Positions 53,201 to 64,000 of a DNA stretch of 64,000 nucleotides are shown piece after piece (the first letter of the stretch is position 1; each line of letters starts with the position of its first letter). Location: assembly GCA_965655095.1 (NCBI GenBank), contig OZ296648.1, positions 146,692,001 through 146,756,000 on the forward strand, read 5' to 3'. The notes beneath the pieces were generated by a model. The model searched no databases, had not been told where the DNA came from, and was given only the letters and a program-made list of their open reading frames with translations. Made by a program: the position numbers and the translations under genes. The DNA is from Haplodiscus bocki. Taxonomy: Eukaryota.

Positions 53201-54649
53201 TGTTGAACTGGGCCCGCCACGCCATCCTTAGAGAGAAATCAACAAAATTCGGCCACGAAAATGCAAACAATTAGTGTAAGTGTCCAACGAACACAAAACT
53301 GGAAAACAACAATAATCGAAAAGAACGTGATGCCGAAGTAGGTCGAGAGCCTTCAAGAAGAATGTGTGTTCCAAGAAATTTACAATTGTTGGCGTCAAAG
53401 ATAAAAAATATCTTTTCATTTCAGAGAAGACTTCAATATAACCATAAGTGAGGCCTTTACGACAGGAAACACAAAATTTGGAGACACATGCAAAGGCACG
53501 CAATCCCTGGCCGCCGCGTCAATATCAGACGATTGAAAAAAGCTTTAAAAGGAAACCTCGCTGAGACAACCATAATCGACTTCTAAATTATCATTTTTAT
53601 AATATACTCTCAAAATCAACAAAATTGGCTGAACGTTGTATATAAGTTGAGAATCTAGAACAAATGGAAACTTTACTCCACTGGAAAGTTTTACAGGCCC
53701 CATCCAAAGAATGAACTGCTACGCATTTTCGCTGCAGACACTTCGGCCTTGCATGACAGGGGAAAACATCATAGCACCTGCTAGCCATCTACTTCGGAGT
53801 TCAAAGTTCGTGCCTTATTTTGGTGGTGATGTATTAAAAGACCAAAAGCTTGCTGTCTTGACTGTAAGGTACGAGTAGGCTGGATGGTCTCAAAATTCTT
53901 GCGAAAAGCACTCTCGATTCTCTGTTACGCCTTCGTTTCTGTCAGTAGAACTCTTGTTTTTCAGCTGATCAATACACGGCGCGAATAAATAATTTGAAAA
54001 CCAATAAAATCGATAGTTTCTCAGAAAAGCTTTTTTAGCAAGATGTGGAATTTGAAAACATCTTAATCAATTTCAGGACACAGTCTGTCTCACTCGTAGA
54101 AAGAGACAATAGACAATCCAAGCTAAAACATTTTGTTGTCTCTCAAATCTTCATTGTAACGCAAACTAGCTTGGATGAATGAGAGTTCTAAGTCGATCAT
54201 TTGTATTAAGGAAAACACAATTACTCACTTGAAGCGCGGTTCGGTAATTTTCTGTTTTTCAATTGCAAGTAAAAATTTTCCAGCTGCAAAGTGGTAAGGA
54301 GACAAACCATATTGGTCTGCGGAGCTTCTATGTAGAGTAATTTTTGGAGCTACGTTTTTTTAACGCAGGATCGACGGAACTGGACAACAGCGGTGAAGGA
54401 CAATACTTTTAACAGACGACAAAAACACTTTATCTAACTTTTCGAAAACCAGTCGGGACATTTCATAGAAAAAAAAGACTTTTGCTACTTGTCAGAGGGT
54501 CTGGAAAGTAGGAATTTGAAAACGTCGTGGTTCGCAGGATGCGAGGAAAACAACGTTAACGATTTTCGCCAGCGAGAAGTCCCTTGATATTTACATTATA
54601 ATTTAATTTTTATACGTTTTGGAATCAAGACTTTGATTATCAATATAAT

Positions 54650-55400
54650 TTTGTAGATGCTTAGTGTAACAAGTTTTCAAAGACATGCTAAATCGACCCA
54701 GGTGACTGTTGATCTTTGGCAGATTCACACATAACGATCGTTGCAACTATAAAAATTTTCGTTTTCCCAGCTTTAACGTAAAATATTTCGCAAAACAGTG
54801 AACAAGAAGCCCAGTCACGCTGCGGTATTTTCCACCCACGTAGCATTTGGGAGAATTGAACGAACATACAACAAAAAACCCGTTTCAATTAACCCAAGGT
54901 TGACACACGAACCTCTGGATAGAGACTTCGGCGGCAGAGTTCAAGCTGATAGCTTCAAATACTTATGAGTCCCAGAATCGACAAAAAAGCATAACAATTG
55001 GACCTCTTCGCTTATCCAATCTATTTTTTTCCAATATAACTGAAAAATCACTGTTAATTCCATCTGATGAAAATTTGAAAATATGTCACCGTCAATTCAG
55101 ACATTGAAAGATGTTCCGGAGGTGTAGTTTTTGCGAACGACTTCATCTCACTACTCAATTCAATTTCTGATATAGAGGACAATTAGTTTGATGTCCGGAA
55201 AGGAAAAGGGCACATCAGGTTAAAAGCTATCAGCTGATATTTTCAGGAAACAATGGAGCAGGTAGGGCTATAAGACATGTGCTTGAATAACGAAGCACGT
55301 CAAGACTAACAGCACTTTCTGAAATTTCTGGTTTTGACTGCATGGATGAAAATCACTCTTTGATTATCGCATATTCCAACAAAAGTAATTTTTTTACGTT
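54650..55400 (+). mobile_element. Possible LINE reverse-transcriptase remnant
   Basis: Only weak, ordered echoes of the PGxD, RGISLLS, LSPxLFN and YADD blocks; heavily decayed. Confidence 0.25.
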
Positions 55401-55608
55401 GAGACCTTGAAAAAACAATTATTTATTTTTTTGAAGAAAAGAAAACGACTTTGAAAACCGACATGGGTCTAAGTTTTTAAAATTTCTGGAGCTGTTGGAA
55501 CACCACGATCCCAATGCTGGAATGGCCTCGATAAATTGTTAAACCAAAAACTCGAAAAATGGAGGCATTTTGAATTCGACCCTGGTCGTTAAAATAAAGC
55601 CTGTAGTT

Positions 55609-57243
55609 ACTCCTCTTGCTTTTTCTGAGACCAAGCTGCGGTGGGCCTCAGTGAATGTTCAATGACGACACAAAAGAGACCTGAAGGAAGGGACCTTCAC
55701 AGCGCAGTACTAGTTGGCGTGGCCCTCTTCCGACAATCGATAGTCAAATAAAAAATCCAAGACCGAGGACAACAGTTAATGCTTGTTCGTTTCCGCGATC
55801 TCGGCTTTACTGTAGAGAAAGAGCCGCCGAGAAATAATCAATAGCGGACAAGTGGATGTCGTCGCCATGACGGCGCCGAGGAACCAATTCAAGAAAATAG
55901 TTGACTTGTTTATTGTTGATCTGCACTAATTTAAACGAGAGTCGAAAGCCATTGCAACATGACTGACAAATTGAAACCACATAGAATTCACAGACCAAAC
56001 AGAAGATGACTAACTAACAAAAAACAGACCGGATGGAAATGAGATGTGCTCTCCGTACTACACACACCATTTTCGGAAAACAAAAAATTACTGCCAGAAG
56101 TAGAGAGAATCCCATGTCAACCAACAGGAAACAGTTAGCCAGTACGAGCGAAGGCAGAAAACTGTTTCTGACCGATCGTCACCATCAGCAAAATAGAGTG
56201 CCTCTTTTCAAAAATAAAAGAAGGTAAATGTCAAGCATTTGCACGATGGAGATAAAAGCTATATATTATGCTTATACAGTTAGCCTAAGGGATTTAATTG
56301 AAGCCTTTAAGCTACTTAAGCTACTTGTTGTCACCCAATACATAATAACTTTAGGCAGACAAGACAATGATAGCGCATCTGTGTTTTATTCTGTCTGTCA
56401 AATACCTGTGAACGCAACTATTTTTTTTTCATAAATTCCATTTCTCTTTGCACCCTCAAAAACTTATTTCACGTTATTTTTCATACCTTCTGCGGAACGT
56501 CACGACCAGTTTGCTGAACATCAACTATATAGTTCAATAGACGTTAGTTAGTATAACATACTTTCATTTTCGTGCTGCGGGTGACTTAATTCACTCCTAA
56601 ACAAACATCATCGCTGAGAGCTTTCTAGCAAGGTGCGTTGCTCGTGCTATACAGCTTATTTTTAGAATTAAAACTGACAGCGCTCTAATGAGCCACCTCA
56701 TTTGTGCTGGAAGCTTTTGATCACCAAATATTTGCAGGTTAAATAAAATTTCCTATCAGGGACGAAAACCATCGGTGTGATACCAGGAAAAGTGCAATTT
56801 AGAACTGAAGCCACTGCCAAGGCTTCGAGGTCGATGTAACGTTGTCATTTTTGTGTTTTGTTTAGGTGCTAAAACAAGTACCCAATGGTAGTGCAAGACA
56901 GCATTAAGTGATCAGTTATTGTTAACGGATACCCAGCACGGCAACCTCAAATCACGAGACAGCAATCAAGGACACAGACAAGATAACCAGCTGGAAGTAA
57001 CAGTATTCACCTCGATCTGCATCTATCTTCTTTTAAGAATCTCAGACTACGCAACATGGTCAAATACACCACGTAAAGATTATAACTTGTTGTTAAAACC
57101 TCCTCGCTCTATCTAATTCAAAATTTAACGCTGGAACAACCTTTTGTAATTCAAAAAGAATCATATCATTAGTGAAGGTGTGAACTCTACGCAAAATAAT
57201 GATGACAACCTTGGTTTGACTGGACACGAGCTAGGTGTTGTCA
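55609..57243 (+). repeat. Left arm of 1635-bp near-perfect inverted duplication
   Basis: Reverse complement of 61018-62652 (coordinates sum to 118261). Four ORF pairs translate identically. Differences seen at 55614, 55675, 55686, 55703 and 56161. Confidence 0.98.
55700..56190 (-). mobile_element. LTR-end / PBS-like / ATG fragment inside the left arm (mirrored at ~62070-62560)
   Basis: Read on the right-arm copy: AATAAA (62347), then TGGTTCCTCGGCGCCG (62375) and ATGGCGACG. Family not determined. Confidence 0.35.
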
Positions 57244-57435
57244 CCATTGCTGGCGGGCAATCAGGTTATCCCAATACGTTAGAGCAGTTACGCTGGCGGA
57301 TGAAACCAATAACTGATCATTCAACAAGGTAGTTAGAGCGAATTTGTGAGTTAATGAATGAAATCCGTTACGCCCTCCCGGAGAAACAGGAAGACACTAG
57401 TGAGCTGTTGCCGCACTCGTTAAGAGCTCTTAACC
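56835..57435 (+). mobile_element. LTR (56835-57056) with gag N-terminal stub; LTR mirrored at 61205-61426
   Basis: TGTAACG...CGCAACA followed immediately by TGGT. Downstream frame LEQLRWRMKPITDHSTR*LERICELMNEIR. Confidence 0.55.
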
Positions 57436-58429
57436 CTAATTTTACAGGAAACTTCCTGCATGCTATACATTCCTAAATATCATTTTCAAAAAGTGTACCG
57501 AAAATTGTCACAACGGCGACCAAAATATATCACAAAAGCCAAGCAACTTTCTATTCCCAACTTTTGTTGTTTGTTTTGAATGATTCAGGTAGAGTTATGA
57601 AAATACCTCTCGAGTTGATAGGTTTCAAGCCATACACTGCATACCGTGATTTAGACTCCGAAAAAAGGGCATATGTCAAATTGGACGGTTAGCCTCATCT
57701 GTTTTGTAGGCAAGCAATGATATACGAAGCAAAAACATGGAAAATGTGGATAATGAATTTTTGGGAAGAAAAGTAACCGTGGAAATCCAATGTGACAGTT
57801 TTCAGAAATAAAAACAAGCAGTCCTAACGTAACACAAAATCAAATCAAAAAAGGTTCAGTTTATTCCGATCAAACAATTGGAAGAAATAGAAATGATATA
57901 AATGTGGAAAAACGGTAAAACAAAATTTTTACCTAGAAAAAAAGTAATAACAACTCCCACGGACTTTCTGTGAACCCAGACAGTGTGAAAGTAGGAAGAG
58001 TTATCTGCAATAATAAGCAAATGAGCAAGTTTTCATCTAGAAGAAACGGGTAAAATTAAAAACACAGTCAGAAACGGTCCATAAACTCACAAAGAGATAC
58101 AAAAACTTGTTAAAAAGATCTCAACCAAACTACACAAAACCCAACAACGAATAATACACAACGCACAATTTCAAAAACAGGCACTCCAGAATTTTTGACA
58201 AACATAAGAGAATTGATTGAAGATCTGGATGAAGGAAAAGTCTTTTAAAAAAAATAGCAAAAACTTTTCCGGCAGTTGGAACATCTATGCCAATTTCTCA
58301 AATTTTAGAGAAGACGTAACTTTCAAAGGACTTATATTATAACCCAAAGACGATGAAACAAACTATTAGATTAGATGAAACTCTGTAAAAAGAAGTGTTT
58401 AATTCTTTCTTACAAAAATACCAACATGC

Positions 58430-60330
58430 AACCAAACTTTCTCCTCATTTCGTTTTTCCAAAAGCACAATGTAAGTATCTATTTGTTAATCTGTTTTTGT
58501 AGATGAACGCAGTTACAGAAAAAAACTGAGTTGTATAAATTAATATAGGTTCGAGAGAAATGAATTTTACTATAACGATTCTGCAAAAGACTAAATAAAG
58601 CAAAATAACAAAACCAAAAACAGAAAATTTTAGACTAGATTATGATCTGGGGAAAAATCAACGTCGACAAGCGTTGACAAAAAATGAACAACTGTTGAAA
58701 CACAAATTAAATCAATTGAAAGAACAAAGAACTTCTTTTGCTGAAACATTAACACACTTTGAGTTGCGATTAAACGACTCACAGATAAACTAAAAAAAGT
58801 TTTACAAACAAAGCAACTAAACTTACCTTACATGTACACAATGATGAACAAATATTTGATAAACATGGAAAAGCTTTTTAGCTACCAAACGATCATTGAC
58901 AATTTAACAGAAGACTTACAGGAGAATTGGAAGTTAGTAAGTGATAATTTTGTGTCGACACAGGCCAAAGGGCTAATAACTGCTACGAAGTTCGATTCCA
59001 AAAACATTTCAAAAACGCTTTATCAAAACTAAAATAAAACCAGTACTAACCAAATTAAAAGCGGATGCTTTTACACGCATAAGAAATAGTAGTTTAACAA
59101 CTGATTCTGGAAAAAATTTTCTTCATCCTACAAAAAGCACTGATTGCATTCAACAGTCATTTATAAACATGAAAAAGTTGATGCTTTTGGATGTCCTTCA
59201 TCAGCGAAACTAGTGACTTTTTTGGGAGAGAAAACATGGAATTCCTATAGATTCCGAAAACGAACATCGATTGTTTCAGTCATTTTACGGTGTGTGTTGT
59301 TAATACATGTTTCGCCTAACAAAAAAATTAGAGATGGAGCTCAAATCAATTGTTCCTTAACTAAGGTATGAAAAAATGTGACCAATACGAAAAAAGGAGA
59401 AAACTTTTAAACATATACCAACAAATCCAACCAAACAGACTAAAAAACATAAAAATTAACCTGAATTTTCTTGCAAGTATCAATTTTTCCAAATGTTATT
59501 GTATAAGAAAGCATTGACGGAAACAATTTATGAGTTGTAAAGTTTAAGATAGGTTCGAGGGAACATAATTTTAGTATAACGGTTCTACCAAAAATATTTA
59601 AAGCATTACATCAAAAGCCCAAACAAAATTTTTTAGAGTAGTTTAAGAATTAGAAGAAAAAATGTAACGTAGTGGAGCGTTAGGAAAACATTGGTAACGT
59701 ATCATTTGTAGAATTGGTTTCCTTCGATCCGGAGGACGAGAAAAGTCTGTTGCCTAAACTTTAGATTTTCACTGGCGCTTAACTGCCTTACGAATAGACC
59801 AGAATGTTTTGAAAAGCAAAGCGTTTAAATCTACAACACACGCTCATAAATTTGAAGAAATAATTTCAAACATGGAAAAACCTATTAGCTACCAAAAGAT
59901 CGATCAGAATTTAACGGAAGACTTACAAGAGCAATAGAAGTTATTTAGGGATGATGTTGACGATGTCAACGAAGCTCAAAGGATTAACAACTGTTACAGC
60001 ATTCGTTTCCTAGTATAATTTGAAAAACAACGCTACGTCGAAACTGAAAAAATGTAACTACTAACTGAACTAAGTGTGAAAATTTGTACATACATGAGAA
60101 AAAGTAATTTAATAACGAATTTTGAAGCCTTTATTTCCTATAAAAACACTGATGGGGATCCTTTGTTACCTATATAAATGAAGAAACTTTTGATTTTTTA
60201 TATGTCCGCCATGAGCAAAACAAACGAAAACTTTAAAGGGAAAACATGGACATATTATAGCCTCCGAACACCAACATTGATCCTTTCATCATTTTTGCGA
60301 TATTCTGTTATTGATTAATTTGTCTTACAA
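58430..60330 (+). repeat. Diverged ~1007-bp direct duplication of an A-rich, decayed coding-like segment
   Basis: ATAGGTTCGAG..AATTTTA.TATAACG.TTCT at ~58544 and ~59549. AAACATGGAAAA...TAGCTACCAAA.GATC...AATTTAAC.GAAGACTTACA at 58861 and 59868. Confidence 0.8.
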
Positions 60331-61017
60331 AGTTCTTGGAAAAGGAATCCAAATAGATCGTTCTGAAATTTTACTATGAGAAGTAGCAACGAAAACAAAA
60401 ATTTACTGGCAAAGGTTTTCAATAAATCCCAACATATCCAAAAAAACAGACTATCAAGAAAACCAAAAAGCAATATAAACATTTTCCTCCAAAAAGTCAA
60501 AGTCCTTTTACAATTGCAGAACTGTATGAACGTATTGAAAAAAATTATTTCAAAGAAAAACAGTTCTGATTCAAAAAAACAGTGACGTTTATAGAACAAA
60601 ATGAAATTATACCTCAAGAAACCTTAAGAGTTTCATTAACGAAAGCAATGGACACTTTCTTTCATATGAAACCATCAGAATTAGTACTAGACAAAATATT
60701 AATAGGTATAAGCAGAATGTAAGTCTCTGTTTCAGTTCTTAATGTAACCAGAGAACACGGAAAACTTCCAAATAAACAACGTTGATCAATTTCTCGAGGT
60801 TCTGATCGATACAATTTGATCATGAAATATCATGAAATTCAAATTTAGGTGTTTCATAAACTACCTTTTGAAATCTTTCTTTTATGTTTTCCCCAAGATT
60901 ATTCTTATTGACTCACAATTTCGCTCTACCTGCTTTGTTGAAGGATGAGTTACCGGTTTCATCGGCATGGCTAACTGTTCTAACGTATTGGGGATAACTT
61001 GATTGCGCCAGCAATGT

Positions 61018-62652
61018 TGACAACACCTAGCTCGTGTCCAGTCAAACCAAGGTTGTCATCATTATTTTGCGTAGAGTTCACACCTTCACTAATGATATGA
61101 TTCTTTTTGAATTACAAAAGGTTGTTCCAGCGTTAAATTTTGAATTAGATAGAGCGAGGAGGTTTTAACAACAAGTTATAATCTTTACGTGGTGTATTTG
61201 ACCATGTTGCGTAGTCTGAGATTCTTAAAAGAAGATAGATGCAGATCGAGGTGAATACTGTTACTTCCAGCTGGTTATCTTGTCTGTGTCCTTGATTGCT
61301 GTCTCGTGATTTGAGGTTGCCGTGCTGGGTATCCGTTAACAATAACTGATCACTTAATGCTGTCTTGCACTACCATTGGGTACTTGTTTTAGCACCTAAA
61401 CAAAACACAAAAATGACAACGTTACATCGACCTCGAAGCCTTGGCAGTGGCTTCAGTTCTAAATTGCACTTTTCCTGGTATCACACCGATGGTTTTCGTC
61501 CCTGATAGGAAATTTTATTTAACCTGCAAATATTTGGTGATCAAAAGCTTCCAGCACAAATGAGGTGGCTCATTAGAGCGCTGTCAGTTTTAATTCTAAA
61601 AATAAGCTGTATAGCACGAGCAACGCACCTTGCTAGAAAGCTCTCAGCGATGATGTTTGTTTAGGAGTGAATTAAGTCACCCGCAGCACGAAAATGAAAG
61701 TATGTTATACTAACTAACGTCTATTGAACTATATAGTTGATGTTCAGCAAACTGGTCGTGACGTTCCGCAGAAGGTATGAAAAATAACGTGAAATAAGTT
61801 TTTGAGGGTGCAAAGAGAAATGGAATTTATGAAAAAAAAATAGTTGCGTTCACAGGTATTTGACAGACAGAATAAAACACAGATGCGCTATCATTGTCTT
61901 GTCTGCCTAAAGTTATTATGTATTGGGTGACAACAAGTAGCTTAAGTAGCTTAAAGGCTTCAATTAAATCCCTTAGGCTAACTGTATAAGCATAATATAT
62001 AGCTTTTATCTCCATCGTGCAAATGCTTGACATTTACCTTCTTTTATTTTTGAAAAGAGGCACTCTATTTTGCTGATGGTGACGATCGGTCAGAAACAGC
62101 TTTCTGCCTTCGCTCGTACTGGCTAACTGTTTCCTGTTGGTTGACATGGGATTCTCTCTACTTCTGGCAGTAATTTTTTGTTTTCCGAAAATGGTGTGTG
62201 TAGTACGGAGAGCACATCTCATTTCCATCCGGTCTGTTTTTTGTTAGTTAGTCATCTTCTGTTTGGTCTGTGAATTCTATGTGGTTTCAATTTGTCAGTC
62301 ATGTTGCAATGGCTTTCGACTCTCGTTTAAATTAGTGCAGATCAACAATAAACAAGTCAACTATTTTCTTGAATTGGTTCCTCGGCGCCGTCATGGCGAC
62401 GACATCCACTTGTCCGCTATTGATTATTTCTCGGCGGCTCTTTCTCTACAGTAAAGCCGAGATCGCGGAAACGAACAAGCATTAACTGTTGTCCTCGGTC
62501 TTGGATTTTTTATTTGACTATCGATTGTCGGAAGAGGGCCACGCCAACTAGTACTGCTCTGTGAAGGTCCCTTCTTTCAGGTCTCCTTTGTGTCGTCATT
62601 GAACATTCACTGAGGCCCACCGCAGCTTGGTCTCAGAAAAAGCAAGTGGAGT
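61018..62652 (-). repeat. Right arm of 1635-bp inverted duplication
   Basis: Mirror of 55609-57243. Confidence 0.98.
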
Positions 62653-64000
62653 CGTAGTAAAAAATCAGCAACTAAATTTCGCTTGTCCAGCAAAGTCATT
62701 CTGATTTTCTCTACCAGATTGCCTCCCTCGCGAAAGTTTTTGCTTTAAAGGCGTCACGAACGTCCCGTTGAATGTGTGTTCAACAAACGTTTCACTAAAA
62801 ACTCATTTGGAAATCTTTCGGACTCAGTGGCCGTTTATTCATAGAAATTGAATCTACCTTTTGAGGGCTGATTGGCTCATTTTTAACTTTTTTTCCGAGC
62901 ATTGACACAAAAGGAATTGATCAAGTTTAGGTGTTGCGTTCGTGAATCTTGTCTTTTCCTTGAAACATTCCCTAGTTCATTTCATTGAGCATTGTCCAGA
63001 TAATTGTAACCACTTCCAGATTAATTTGGCAATGTCTGAGTCTGCTGATGTGTCCTTTGGTCCTTTGTTCTACGCAGTTGTTGATCAGTTTCCAAATGAG
63101 GTTGAACCCGATAGCGTTGCATCGGCAGAATGACAAAAAGCTTTAGAGGAGGGGCGCATTGACTTTCAAGCCACTCCTCATGTCGATAATGACAACGATT
63201 TTGTCGTTGCAGCCAAAATCATTGCATTGCTGCAACGACTTCTATACAGTGTGCCTTGAATTTTTACTAATCAGGGAGGGCAGATTTGGGTTTTGCGATC
63301 TACCCGTTTGGTTGTCTGTTCTAAAACTTAATGTGTCTATTCTGTTTGGATTCTATGCCAACTGACAGCATTTTTTGCCAGCTGAAACGCCAGACTCAAC
63401 AGGATCAGTATGGGTGCGAGACCAACGGTATGTCATGAGCTTCACCAGACGTTTTTTTGGGGATCCTTCGGTTGGTTTTTCCTTTGTTTGGACTAGGAGC
63501 TGATTCTTTTTTGATAGGTTTTTATTGTGCTGCAAGTCGGTTCAATTCAGATGTTTCCACCTCGATGATCATCCTATTCTATTTTATTTCGCAGAAATGC
63601 CAGTCTCCCCCTGTCTAGTTTGAGTGTGATTGTCGTCTCCAGTTGTGTGCGAGAAAAGGTTTTTCAGTGCGCTCATGCTGTGGTGATTCCTGCTTACCAT
63701 GTGGCTGTTTCGTCTTCAGGGGTGTTCCGTGCGCCAGCTCTTTTTGTGGTCCTGTCAGTGGGAGTCCAGTGGCGGGTTCGTCCGTTGCGGATGGCCCTGT
63801 CCTCAGTCAGTCTTCTTTTCGTGGACAGAATGCAGTTGGGTTGCCTGTAAGCACTGTGCCAGCTTTTGTTCTTCTTTAATCGAATACTCACAATACGTAG
63901 TTTCTACTTCCATCATGCTAGTGCATGACATTCCCGATGTTGAAACCAACATTCCTCTTCATGAATTGTTTTTTTGCGTTGTGTTATTTAGAATTTGAAA
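62653..64000 (-). mobile_element. Decayed Gypsy gag C-terminus, protease and RT start, truncated at the inverted-repeat arm
   Basis: On the minus strand: a Cys-containing gag end (~63900-63840), protease-like pieces (~63260-63080) and a KGR-type RT N-terminal motif (~62865). Confidence 0.4.

Noticed and set aside
55609-62652. Intact Polinton/Maverick with long TIRs
   Set aside because: No paired AG/AGT termini or 6-bp TSD, the arms are made of LTR debris, and I saw no pPolB, integrase, ATPase or capsid motif in the 3.8-kb spacer.

Overview
AT-rich eukaryotic (animal-like) repeat region with one 200-N scaffold gap at 47833-48032. I see no intact protein-coding gene, rRNA, intact tRNA or CRISPR array; the short ORFs in the track are fragments of decayed transposable elements or chance ORFs. 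Most of the window is nested, heavily mutated Ty3/Gypsy LTR-retrotransposon debris on both strands. There are also non-autonomous CMC/EnSpm-type DNA elements (CCCGGG or CACTG termini), probable LINE and SINE remnants, and an old ~178-bp satellite in three blocks. Four structures stand out. (1) A minus-strand Gypsy element (about 14.1-30.7 kb; gag-PR-RT-RH-INT) carries a decayed env with a furin site, a fusion-peptide-like stretch and an F-protein-like cysteine motif. (2) A very young 8131-bp head-to-tail array of a 2435-bp unit (3.34 turns, 5 substitutions seen) appears to sit inside that element's protease gene, and the unit contains phase-compatible exon-like blocks. (3) A 1635-bp near-perfect inverted duplication (55609-57243 / 61018-62652) has its inner breakpoint inside an older, ~80% identical inverted pair of LTR-element stubs. 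(4) An 872-bp TIR element is built from a palindromic CpG-rich minisatellite. All family assignments come from hand translation and remembered motifs, not database searches. Boundaries of decayed elements are approximate, and identities were compared by eye.
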